Part shown: piece after piece, positions 32,703 through 41,735 of the stretch | How positions within the stretch are numbered: position 1 is the first letter of the stretch | How the letters are laid out: each line of letters starts with the position of its first letter | NCBI GenBank assembly: GCA_029262195.1 | Contig: JAJCZX010000024.1 | Location: forward strand, 1,323 to 65,322 | Length of the DNA stretch: 64,000 bases | Reading direction: 5' to 3' | Source of the DNA: Gemmatimonadota bacterium | GTDB lineage: Bacteria; Gemmatimonadota; Gemmatimonadetes; Gemmatimonadales; GWC2-71-9 | Made by a program: the position numbers and the translations under genes | Notes under the pieces: model-generated | What the model was told of the DNA's origin: nothing | Databases searched by the model: none | What the model saw: the letters and a program-made list of their open reading frames with translations, nothing else

Positions 32703-35374
32703 ACTCCATTCCTCCAACCCCGTTCTGGGGTCGCCTGTTGTTGTGGGTGCTGCCGAAAGAAAAATCCAGCGGCTTGCTGGTCGAAGAATTAAACCTTGAG
32801 TACGCGGTCAAACGCGACCAGCAAGGCCTGACGCAAGCCAGCCAATGGTACCGGCGCCAGACCGTCAAGATCATTCTGCATTCTTTTCGCGACTGGCTTG
32901 CCGGAGATAGGTGGGGGCGCGGCATCGGCCCGGCAAAGGGGCAGCGGTTGGCGAACCTGGCTCGCGATATCCGGATGGCAGGACGATCAATCAGAAAGTC
33001 ACCCGCTCACTCAATCGCCGTGATCGCTACCCTTGGAATCGCCATTGGAGCTAACACCGCGGTCTTTAACGCTGTCAACGCATTGTTTTTGCGACCGCTT
33101 CCATACCCCGCGCCGGAAGAACTGGTGATGGTTAATCGCTTCAGCCCGGGGACAGGAAACGGAGACGTCTCCAACCTGTCGCTTCTGGATTTTGTCGATC
33201 TGTCGGCGCGATCGGAAAGCTTTGCGCAGTGGGGTGCTTATCGCACGAGTCGAGAGACACATCTCACGTCCCGCGGCGCTGAGGAGGTTCAGGGTGCAGA
33301 GATGACTTCCGGGGCCTGGCAAGCTCTGGGTGTCACACCAATGCTCGGGACTTTGCCGGATGAAGTGGAAGGCGCGACCGGTACCGGACATGCCGTAGTC
33401 CTGTCACATTCGTTTTGGACCAGGGAGTTTGGTGCCGACTCATCCGTCCTGGGATCGGTGGTCGATTTTCAAGACAGATCTCTTATGGTCTCGGGGGTAA
33501 TGCCGGAGAATTTTTACTTTCCAACGCCGGAGCCTGAATTCTGGGCTCCGATCTCCGGCAGTTATCTCGAAAACAGGTCGGCGTGGTTTCTGGAAACGGT
33601 GGGTCGTCTGGCGGCCGGAGTTACGATCGAAGCGGCCGAAGTTGAATTGGACCGAATCGTCGCCGCCCTAGATGTTGAAACTGGGCAGGACACCGAGGAC
33701 TCGGAGTTGATTGTGCGCTCCCGGCTGGACGCATACGTTGGTGAGTCGAGCACGCTTCTTGGATTGCTGGCCGGAGCGGTTGGTTTTGTACTTGCCATTG
33801 CCTGCGCCAACATCGCCAACCTTTCTATTACAAAAAGTTCCTCTCGTATGCGGGAGTTTGCGTTACGCAAAGCCCTCGGCGCAGGTTACGGGCGTCTGTT
33901 TTCCCAGGCTCTGGTTGAAAGCCTTGTCCTGGCGACGCTTGGTGGCGCGCTGGCTCTGGGAATCGGCTATGGCATCACGGAGATACTCGTGAGCACCGGC
34001 TTGAGCGATTTGCCGCGCCGAGAGGAGATCACGATGGACTGGCGAGTGGTGCTATTCACGGTGGGACTGACGGTCTTCAGCGGAATTGCTTTTGGCCTGG
34101 TGCCCGCAATGCGCAACGCACGGGCTCCATCGGCAGATTACCTGCGCGAAAGTAGCGGCACCGGTTCGAACAAGGATCGAATGAAACTGTTAAACGGCCT
34201 TGCCGCGCTTCAGGTAGTCCTTGCTATCGTTCTGACTTCAGCGGCGGGTCTCCTGTTGAATAGCTTCCTGCGATTGGCGTCGGTAGAGCCTGGTTTTGTC
34301 GCCGAAAACACGTTGACTATGCGTATGCGTGTTGAAGGCGATTCCTATCGCGAACCCGAACAGATCGACCAGTTTCATACGGCAATGTACGAGCGACTTA
34401 AGGCGGTCCCTGGAATTGTTCATGCGGCGTTTACCAATGTTGTACCGCAAGGCCCTAACTCTCTTTCGGCGACCTACTACGATCTTGCGCTGGGGTTAAC
34501 GCAAGAATACTCCGCGGACCTGGAAGTGGTCGATGGAGAGTATTTCACTGCGTTAGGAATCAGGGTGCAGACTGGCCGACAGTTTGACGAGACTGACCTG
34601 CCCGATGATCCGATGAAAGTGTTGGTAAGCCAGACCCTCGCCGACCGTCACTGGGGACGAGGCAACGCCATTGGCCAAACGCTCAGCATCGATAGCGAGT
34701 TGAGGTTGGAAAACAACCTGACCGTCATCGGAGTTGTAAACGATGTAAAAAAATCCAACCTTGAGTATGATCCCACGGGGATTGTCTATTTCGATCGGGC
34801 CCAGTTCCGCCGACGTCACGGGTTCGTATCCGGGCGGGTGGGTCACCTTGTATTGAAGGTTGAGGGAGACCCGGTCGCCCTTACGGCGTCTGTTACGGCG
34901 GCGCTAAGGGAGGTAGCCCCCCGGATCATCATCGCCGACGTAAAGACTTTGAACGAGCGGCTAGGGTTAACGGTAGCAGAGCCACGATTCAGGGCCTGGA
35001 TCGTTGCATCGTTTTCAGCGATCGCACTGCTTCTGTCTCTTATCGGAATTTATGGGGTGCTGAATTTTTCTGTTGCTCAACGCTTGCGCGAACTGGCGAT
35101 CCGCAATGCTCTGGGGGCGACTTCAAATCAATTGCTGTCCAACGTCATGTTTCGTGGCATGGCCGTTGTCGGAATAGGCATCTTCGTAGGATTGTCGATC
35201 GCCCTTTTTGGCGGCCGGGCATTGTCTTCGGTGCTCTACGGGATTGCTCCCAACGATCCTATGACATTGTCGGCGGTGAGTCTCGCGTTTGCGTTGGCTG
35301 CACTGGCCTCTTGTTATTTCCCCGCACGCCGCGCCGCGAGGATCGATCCTCAGGCGGTTTTGCGAGACCAATGA
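32699..35374 (+). CDS. ADOP-type duplicated FtsX/MacB-like permease (891 aa)
   Basis: It has an N-terminal permease-prefix segment. Two MacB-like periplasmic domains are each followed by FtsX 3-TM bundles (e.g. ANIANLSITKSSSRMREFALRKALGAGYGRL and RLRELAIRNALGATSNQL). No ATPase gene is adjacent. Confidence 0.85.
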   Translation: MNSIPPTPFWGRLLLWVLPKEKSSGLLVEELNLEYAVKRDQQGLTQASQWYRRQTVKIILHSFRDWLAGDRWGRGIGPAKGQRLANLARDIRMAGRSIRKSPAHSIAVIATLGIAIGANTAVFNAVNALFLRPLPYPAPEELVMVNRFSPGTGNGDVSNLSLLDFVDLSARSESFAQWGAYRTSRETHLTSRGAEEVQGAEMTSGAWQALGVTPMLGTLPDEVEGATGTGHAVVLSHSFWTREFGADSSVLGSVVDFQDRSLMVSGVMPENFYFPTPEPEFWAPISGSYLENRSAWFLETVGRLAAGVTIEAAEVELDRIVAALDVETGQDTEDSELIVRSRLDAYVGESSTLLGLLAGAVGFVLAIACANIANLSITKSSSRMREFALRKALGAGYGRLFSQALVESLVLATLGGALALGIGYGITEILVSTGLSDLPRREEITMDWRVVLFTVGLTVFSGIAFGLVPAMRNARAPSADYLRESSGTGSNKDRMKLLNGLAALQVVLAIVLTSAAGLLLNSFLRLASVEPGFVAENTLTMRMRVEGDSYREPEQIDQFHTAMYERLKAVPGIVHAAFTNVVPQGPNSLSATYYDLALGLTQEYSADLEVVDGEYFTALGIRVQTGRQFDETDLPDDPMKVLVSQTLADRHWGRGNAIGQTLSIDSELRLENNLTVIGVVNDVKKSNLEYDPTGIVYFDRAQFRRRHGFVSGRVGHLVLKVEGDPVALTASVTAALREVAPRIIIADVKTLNERLGLTVAEPRFRAWIVASFSAIALLLSLIGIYGVLNFSVAQRLRELAIRNALGATSNQLLSNVMFRGMAVVGIGIFVGLSIALFGGRALSSVLYGIAPNDPMTLSAVSLAFALAALASCYFPARRAARIDPQAVLRDQ

Positions 35375-35600
35375 ATCGGAATTTGGATTGGGATGCCTTC
35401 GACAACGATCGCTGAGTTGACTCGCAGGAACTTCCAATGGCAGTCGATCGAAAGTCTGACGGCGCGTCAGATCCCAATGGCATTCTGATTGTGCCTTTCC
35501 CAGATAAGGAGTAAGTCCGCAGGGTCGGATTAGCTCCGTGTCTTTGCACCACGAAAATCCCACTCAATCCCTGCGTGGAACTCGCTTGTTAACTTAAGGT

Positions 35601-35632
35601 ATACAATGTATTCACATAAGTATACATTGTAT
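35601..35632. promoter_or_regulatory. Inverted repeat; putative operator of the second PadR
   Basis: ATACAATGTAT (35601-35611) and ATACATTGTAT (35622-35632) are perfect 11-bp inverted arms separated by 10 nt. They lie 15-35 nt upstream of the candidate starts. Confidence 0.5.
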
Positions 35633-35646
35633 GCAGTTGTCGGCGA

Positions 35647-36006
35647 TTGACACAACTGAGGAGAAAGTTGACGAACAAGAACGATTTTCCGGGAGAGTTT
35701 GAGCAGATGGTGCTTCTCTCCATACTGCGGTTGGGAAATGACGCCACGGCGATCAAGATTAGAGGAGAATTGCAGCAGACTGCGGGTCGCGCCGTTTCGC
35801 GGGGGGCGCTTTATCGGACTCTGGACCGCATGGAGGCGAAAAGTTTTGTGGACTGGCGGACAGTGGAGCCGACCGAAGAACGGGGTGGTCACGCCCGCCG
35901 AGTTTATGTAGTGGAAAAAGCGGGAATAAAGACGTTGCGGGCGTCGCGAGAAGCTCTGGAAAATCTTTGGGACGGCCTCGGGTCAATCCTGGAGACCGGC
36001 AAATGA
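35647..36006 (+). CDS. PadR-family transcriptional regulator (119 aa, or 112 aa from TTG at 35668)
   Basis: FPGEFEQMVLLSILRLGNDATAIKIRGELQQ...VSRGALYRTLDRMEAKSFVDW is a PadR sequence. Both candidate starts are TTG, and GAGGAG precedes 35668. The stop overlaps the next ATG (ATGA). Confidence 0.8.
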   Translation: MTQLRRKLTNKNDFPGEFEQMVLLSILRLGNDATAIKIRGELQQTAGRAVSRGALYRTLDRMEAKSFVDWRTVEPTEERGGHARRVYVVEKAGIKTLRASREALENLWDGLGSILETGK

Positions 36007-38639
36007 AGAGGCCTCCGTTTCTGTTTTCACGCTTCCTGTCCTGGTGTTTGGGTGACACGCTGCAGGGGTCCGCGGTGGTTGGAGACCTCAACGAAGAGTA
36101 CCACGAGCTGAGGTCTCGGGGATTCGGTACAAGGGCCGATCTCTGGTTTCTCTGGCAGGCCGTGGCGATTGGGTTGCCTTATCTCGCAGAGCGCTTAATT
36201 GCTCGACCGCTTGTACAATTGCGTAGCGACCTGAGATTCTCAATGCGTAGCCTTTTGCGAAGCCCGTCTTATCTGGGGGTGACCGCAGGCTCGTTGATTC
36301 TGGGCATAGGAGTGAACACCGCAATCTTCAGCGTAGTGAACGGCGTTTTGATTAGGCCGCTGCCCTATCCCGATCAAGAACGGTTGATCGATATGGGCGA
36401 GTTCAATCCGGCGGAAGTTTGCGAAGGTTGCGGGCTTTCGGCTTCCCCCGCGACGTTTCAGGCCTGGCAGGGGACGGTGGGGGTTTTCGAAAAAATTGGA
36501 GCCAGCACTGATGACCAGGTAACGTTGGGCGAGGGCCTGGGGAGACGCAGGGTGCAACTGGGCAATGCTACTCCGGCGCTTCTGGAATTACTCGGAGCTA
36601 ACGTGAATCGCGGGCGGTTGTTCAGCGACGTCACCTTAATCGACGACATCCGGGAAGGCGCCGTGGTGGTAAGTGAACAGATCTGGCGCACGATTTACGG
36701 CGCGGATCCAGAGATCGTTGGGAAAACGATCCTTGTTGACAGTCGGCCTCGCAACGTTGTTGGCGTCATGGACCCCGGGTTCAGGTATTTAGCGGGCGTG
36801 GATATTTGGGCTCCGCTCGAGTTACGGGATCTTGATCAGCACGCGCGCAACCTGTGGGTGGTGGCGCTGACATCTCACGGGGTTTCTTCGGATGAGGTGG
36901 CCGCACGGCTGGCGTCGATCGATGAGAGCCTGGCCAGCGTTGACCCGACGAACCACGCCGAGTGGGAAACTCGAACGCAACCGCTACGAGAAGCCTTCCT
37001 TCACGAGCTAGGACCGCCAGCCGCAGCGATCTTTTTGATGGCGGTCGCGCTTGCCGTGTTGCTCATAGCCTGCGCTAATATAGCTTCGGTCTCCGGAGCA
37101 CGAAGTCTGGAACGGATGCGCGAAATGAGCGTCAGAGCAGCTCTTGGTGCGGGACGAGGACGGTTGTTCAGGGAGACGTTGACCGAATCGATCGTGTTGG
37201 CGTCAATAGGCGGAGTCGCCGGTATCGCCATCGCCTACGGGTTCAGCGGGGTACTGGAAACAAAACTTGGCGGGTTCTTCCCTCCGTGGCTCCAGATCGG
37301 TGTCGACGTGCGGTTGCTCGCTTTTTCTGCCTTTGTTGCGGGACTCACCGTGTTGGTAGCTGGATTGGTACCAGCTTTGAGAGTATCACGCGTGGATGTG
37401 ATGGGGGCATTGAGGCGCGCCGGCTATTCCACATCTTCTGGAGCGCGGACCGTGAAGTGGCAGGCTCTACTTGTGACGCTCCAAATAGCGATGGGATTGG
37501 TGTTGGTCGGCGCGGCCACGCTGTCGGTCAGAAGTTACATCCAAATAAGTAGATTCGACGACCTCGGGTATAACCCTTACGGAGTACGGAGTGTCGGGCT
37601 AAGCCTGGACGATGATAGCATGGGCGTTTCCAACCGCAACAGCGTGGTGGGGTCCGCTTCCGAGAGCCTGGAGCCCCTTGCCGCGGGTCGACAGGTTGTA
37701 GTCGAGCAGGAAAGGTTCCTGGGCACGTTCGGTCCGTTCGATTCGGCGTCCCCGGTTTCCGTGGAGGGGTCAGAGTCTCCCGTGTCAAACTCGATAGTCC
37801 CCCGGCACGGTGTTTCCGTCAGTCCGGGTTATTTCGAACTCCTGGAGATCCCGGTGATACGGGGAAGGGTGTTTGATATCCAGGATGAGCGTCGGGGTGT
37901 CGGTGTGGTGGTGGTGAACGAAAAAGCCGCTTCGGTGCTTTGGCCTGGCGAGAACGCGTTGGGCAAGACGATGCGTATCGCCGACGAGAATGATGCGGGT
38001 GTGCTCACTGTGGTGGGGATCGTGGGAGACATTGTTGTTTCGCCGCTTCAGGCGAGTCGCTCGGGGCACCCGCGGATCTATACGCTGTTTTCCCAATCTC
38101 CGGGTGCCCGTCCCACTTTGCTTTTCCGTGGGTCCCCTGGGACTCGCACCGAAGTGTTGGAAATGATCTCAAGCGTCCAGGCGGATCTGACCCTGTTGGA
38201 GGTGTCGAGCCTGGAAGAAATGTTGATCAGGTGGATCAAACCCCAATCGGTTGCAGTTCGAATCATGGGTGGGATGTCCGTCCTGGCTCTGGTCCTGGCG
38301 AGTGTTGGGATCTACGGCATGCTTGCTCTCGCTGTAACAACGCGACGTCGGGAGATTGGTATCAGAATCGCATTGGGCTCGACGCATTGGGGCGTGGCGA
38401 GGCTCATCATGACACGCGTCGCATTTCTCTTTGCGGTAGGTGCTCTGCTGGGGCTTGGTGGGTCCAGTCTGTTATCCGGGCTCGGTGGTGCCATGGGCAT
38501 AACTTTGGGGACCAACGAGATAGGCACTCTCTTGAATTCAGTTGCGATACTCGCTCTGGTTTGTCTGATTGCCGCGGGGAGGCCGCTTCTTGATGCAGTG
38601 CGCACGAATCCCAGTCTGACGACACGAGGAGACGGGTAA
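36003..38639 (+). CDS. ADOP-type duplicated FtsX/MacB-like permease (878 aa)
   Basis: The start ATG at 36003 (MKRPPFLFSRFLSW) is in frame with track ORF 35967-38639. The architecture matches 32699-35374 (ANIASVSGARSLERMREMSVRAALGAGRGRL; RRREIGIRIALGSTHWGV). Confidence 0.85.
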   Translation: MKRPPFLFSRFLSWCLGDTLQGSAVVGDLNEEYHELRSRGFGTRADLWFLWQAVAIGLPYLAERLIARPLVQLRSDLRFSMRSLLRSPSYLGVTAGSLILGIGVNTAIFSVVNGVLIRPLPYPDQERLIDMGEFNPAEVCEGCGLSASPATFQAWQGTVGVFEKIGASTDDQVTLGEGLGRRRVQLGNATPALLELLGANVNRGRLFSDVTLIDDIREGAVVVSEQIWRTIYGADPEIVGKTILVDSRPRNVVGVMDPGFRYLAGVDIWAPLELRDLDQHARNLWVVALTSHGVSSDEVAARLASIDESLASVDPTNHAEWETRTQPLREAFLHELGPPAAAIFLMAVALAVLLIACANIASVSGARSLERMREMSVRAALGAGRGRLFRETLTESIVLASIGGVAGIAIAYGFSGVLETKLGGFFPPWLQIGVDVRLLAFSAFVAGLTVLVAGLVPALRVSRVDVMGALRRAGYSTSSGARTVKWQALLVTLQIAMGLVLVGAATLSVRSYIQISRFDDLGYNPYGVRSVGLSLDDDSMGVSNRNSVVGSASESLEPLAAGRQVVVEQERFLGTFGPFDSASPVSVEGSESPVSNSIVPRHGVSVSPGYFELLEIPVIRGRVFDIQDERRGVGVVVVNEKAASVLWPGENALGKTMRIADENDAGVLTVVGIVGDIVVSPLQASRSGHPRIYTLFSQSPGARPTLLFRGSPGTRTEVLEMISSVQADLTLLEVSSLEEMLIRWIKPQSVAVRIMGGMSVLALVLASVGIYGMLALAVTTRRREIGIRIALGSTHWGVARLIMTRVAFLFAVGALLGLGGSSLLSGLGGAMGITLGTNEIGTLLNSVAILALVCLIAAGRPLLDAVRTNPSLTTRGDG

Positions 38640-38867
38640 CTCATCTTTTTCTGGGAGGAGGGTTGGGCTCCCCCGGAGCTTAGCGCAGTCCCACCATTAA
38701 CAGATCTGAAAGAAACTGGGCATAAAATAAAGGTACGCTCGGCAGAGCGAATAGCCAATTTTACGCGGCCGCTGATCACGGCACCTCGTCTCAAGCTTAT
38801 TGTGTCGTTATTCTTAGACCATAATGTGTACGAAAGCTTGAGCTGCCTGCTACGGAATTGATGTCAG

Positions 38868-40457
38868 TTGTATCTACTGAACCCATACTTGGCGCACCCA
38901 AGGGGTAGCCGCCGAAATCGGTTTTTGAGTGCTGCCCGGCTAGCGTGTTTGATCGCTCTGGCACCGGCCTGCTCTCTGACTCCTGAGCCCTCGGTTCCCG
39001 TACCGGTGGCCGATTTGCCTGATACCTACAGTGAGCCCGAGTCGACGGATGCGCATCGCCCTGACGAATGGTGGAAAGAGTCTTTCCAGGATTCGGTGCT
39101 TAATCGTCTAATTGACACAGTACTGGGCTCCAACTTCGATATCTCCGTGGGAGTGGCCAGGGTCCAACAGGCGCAGGCCCAGGCCCGGATTGCCAAAGCT
39201 GCATTCTTGCCATCGGTTCAAGCCAGCGGTTCGGTCGCCAGTCAAAATACTCCCAGCAACGCGGGGTTTGGTGCTCAGTTTCAGGCGCTGGGTGGTGGGG
39301 GAGACTCTACGGCTGGTCCTGTTTCAAACCGAATCGGTGTGACTACCTACAGCCTCGGCCTGGATTTTTCCTACGAATTGGATTTCTGGGGGCGGGTTCG
39401 AAATGATGCCGCAGCTGCCGGTCAGGATTATCTGGCATCCGAAGCCGACTTTCTGACGGCAACGATAGGGGTTATTTCCGAAACGATCACCGCGTACTAT
39501 CAGGTCGTTGAAATCAGAGACAGAATAAAGCTCACTGAAGAAACGATCGGGGTGTTGACGGAGCGTGATGAACTGGCTGAGGATAGTTACGATGGCGGAT
39601 TGATCTCGTCTTTCCAGTTGTATCAAATCCGCCAGGACCTTCGGAACACAGAAGCCACTCTGCCCCAGCTTGAGACCCAGCTCACCGACGCGTTGGGAAG
39701 GCTTGCCATTCTTTCGGGACGCTACCACGCCGATGTAGCGAGGTTGCTTTCCGATTCGAGCCCTATCCACCAACCACCTACCCCCATACCCACTGGCCTA
39801 CCCGTTCAACTTCTAACCCAACGCCCGGATGTTTTGGCCGCATACAGACGAATGGAGGCTGCCCGATACAGGATAGGGGCTCGTAGAGCTGAACTACTGC
39901 CATCGCTTGCATTGTCCGGAACGGTCGGCTTGCAAAGTGCTGACGCCAGCGGGCTGTTTGACGCTGATCAGTGGTTCCGCAATCTCGCCGCCAATCTTGT
40001 TGCACCGATCTTTCAGGGTGGGCGGCGTCGAGCGAGCGTTAGTGCGGCACGAGCGCGGTTCAACGAATTGGCCGCAACATACGGAAGAACGGTAGTAACC
40101 GCAGTGCACGAAGTGGAGACATCGCTGGAGCGATTGTCTAATGAGTCACGACGCCATGCTCTCATTGCCTCCCAGAGCGACGAAGCTGACGCAGCTGTGG
40201 ATTTACAGTCGCGCCGTTACTCCCGTGGCGTGGCTGGATACACAGATTACCTCGACGCTCTTCGTACCGCTCTAAATGTTAGATCCAGTCTAACCGGAGC
40301 CCGGCGAGACCTGGCTCTCGCGCGGTTGGCGGTGCACCGGGCCTTGGGCAGGAGTTGGACTGAAACTAACCGCCTCATGGAGACGGCCGAGGTCGAGATG
40401 TTGGAAGCGGATTCTCGGCCGGCGGCCTCGGGAGCGCTTGACGGAGGACAAAACTAA
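38868..40457 (+). CDS. RND efflux outer-membrane factor lipoprotein (NodT/TolC family, 529 aa; start uncertain)
   Basis: The Cys-containing signal is LACLIALAPACSL. The sequence has the two-repeat OMF architecture with typical strings (WWKSF-like EWWKESFQD, LIDTVLGSNFDI, PSLALSGTVGLQS). All start candidates are TTG (38868, 38925). Confidence 0.8.
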   Translation: MYLLNPYLAHPRGSRRNRFLSAARLACLIALAPACSLTPEPSVPVPVADLPDTYSEPESTDAHRPDEWWKESFQDSVLNRLIDTVLGSNFDISVGVARVQQAQAQARIAKAAFLPSVQASGSVASQNTPSNAGFGAQFQALGGGGDSTAGPVSNRIGVTTYSLGLDFSYELDFWGRVRNDAAAAGQDYLASEADFLTATIGVISETITAYYQVVEIRDRIKLTEETIGVLTERDELAEDSYDGGLISSFQLYQIRQDLRNTEATLPQLETQLTDALGRLAILSGRYHADVARLLSDSSPIHQPPTPIPTGLPVQLLTQRPDVLAAYRRMEAARYRIGARRAELLPSLALSGTVGLQSADASGLFDADQWFRNLAANLVAPIFQGGRRRASVSAARARFNELAATYGRTVVTAVHEVETSLERLSNESRRHALIASQSDEADAAVDLQSRRYSRGVAGYTDYLDALRTALNVRSSLTGARRDLALARLAVHRALGRSWTETNRLMETAEVEMLEADSRPAASGALDGGQN

Positions 40458-40475
40458 AATGATTCGGACAACTGA

Positions 40476-41735
40476 ATGAAAACCAGAAGTCTCTTCATCT
40501 CCCTGGGCTTGATCGTTGGAGCTCTTGTGATCGCGATCATCATGGTGCGCCTGCGCCCGGACCCGCCACAGCGGGCGGTCCAGTCAGCTACGCCGTTCGT
40601 CACCACTCTGCCCATCGTGCCGGGCTCCGGCCCCATACCTATTCACGGGGCTGGTACCGTCCGCCCGATGGCCGAAATCGATGTGGCAGCACAGGTAAGC
40701 GGTTTGATCTCCTGGGTGAATCCCGCTTTCCAGAGTGGTGGCCGGATACGGGTGGGTGGAGTGTTGTTCCGGATAGACGACGCGGATTTCCGAAACCGCG
40801 TCCAACAGGCGCGCGCCATGGTTGCAGCCCAACAGGTTGCTCTGCTTCAGGCGCAGGAGGAGGCGCGCATAGCCCGTTCCGAGTTTGAACGTTTCAACGC
40901 CAGAGAATCTCGCCGGTCCGGCATGGTCGAAGGAGCCAGTCCATTGACCCTCAGGGAGCCGCAGCTTGCTGCAGCTCGCGCCGCGTTGGCTCGCGACAGC
41001 GCCTCATTGGCAGATGCGGAGTTAGCGTTGTCTCGCACGACGATTCGAGCACCCTTTAGTGGGGTAGTTCGCTCCGAGTTGGTTGCGCTGGGTCAATTCG
41101 TGGCGGCGGGGCAAGGAGTTGGACGTTTCTACGCGGCAGACGTGGTAGAGGTCGTGGTTCCGCTAGCCGACGAAGCCGCGGCGTTGATTCCCGGACTCTG
41201 GGACTTGCGTGCCGGGGATGCCAACAGAGGTGTGCGTGGGCGAGTGATTGGGGAGTTTTCTGGAAATCGTTTCGAGTGGGAGGGTTATGTGGATCGCGCC
41301 GATGCCGCGCTTGACGAACAAACTCGTACCATTGATATCGTGATACGAGTGGACGATCCGTTTGGCAGCGGGCGACCCGTTTTGTCTCGCGAACCGATTG
41401 ATGCAAATTCGGTTGGAGTGACGACGGCCCCACCGTTGCTGGTCGGACAGTTCGTTGATGTGGTGGTGGACGGTGCAGTATCAAACGACTTTTTCATTGC
41501 GCCTCGTCGTGCTCTGCAGACGGGCAATATATTCTGGGCGATTAGAGCGGACACGCTTGTCACGATAGTGCCCGTAACGGTGCTGCAACGTTCCGAAGAG
41601 GCAGTCTTTGTCACCGGGGCGTTGCGGTCGATCAATGACGTTGTAGTAAGCGGTCTCAGCGTGGCGACAGAAGGAATGACGGTCAGGAGGCGTTCGCCTG
41701 CCGCTGCCGCGCCGACACGATCTGGCGTACAATGA
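40476..41735 (+). CDS. RND efflux periplasmic adaptor (membrane fusion protein, 419 aa)
   Basis: It has an N-terminal TM MKTRSLFISLGLIVGALVIAIIMV. The GxVxP-beta / coiled-coil / TIRAPFSGVV motif layout is typical of HlyD/AcrA-family adaptors. Confidence 0.85.
   Translation: MKTRSLFISLGLIVGALVIAIIMVRLRPDPPQRAVQSATPFVTTLPIVPGSGPIPIHGAGTVRPMAEIDVAAQVSGLISWVNPAFQSGGRIRVGGVLFRIDDADFRNRVQQARAMVAAQQVALLQAQEEARIARSEFERFNARESRRSGMVEGASPLTLREPQLAAARAALARDSASLADAELALSRTTIRAPFSGVVRSELVALGQFVAAGQGVGRFYAADVVEVVVPLADEAAALIPGLWDLRAGDANRGVRGRVIGEFSGNRFEWEGYVDRADAALDEQTRTIDIVIRVDDPFGSGRPVLSREPIDANSVGVTTAPPLLVGQFVDVVVDGAVSNDFFIAPRRALQTGNIFWAIRADTLVTIVPVTVLQRSEEAVFVTGALRSINDVVVSGLSVATEGMTVRRRSPAAAAPTRSGVQ

Noticed and set aside
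32198-32925. Track ORFs 32198-32524 + (108 aa), the 5' extension of 32271-32702, and 32419-32925 - (168 aa).
   Set aside because: The first spans the terminator and the operator palindrome. The PadR homology begins only at ATG 32370. The minus ORF is antisense to the PadR/ADOP junction.
35455-35471. The hairpin TCTGACG-GCG-CGTCAGA after the first ADOP gene, considered as a terminator.
   Set aside because: It has a perfect 7-bp stem but no downstream T-tract and only a 3-nt loop. That is too weak to call.
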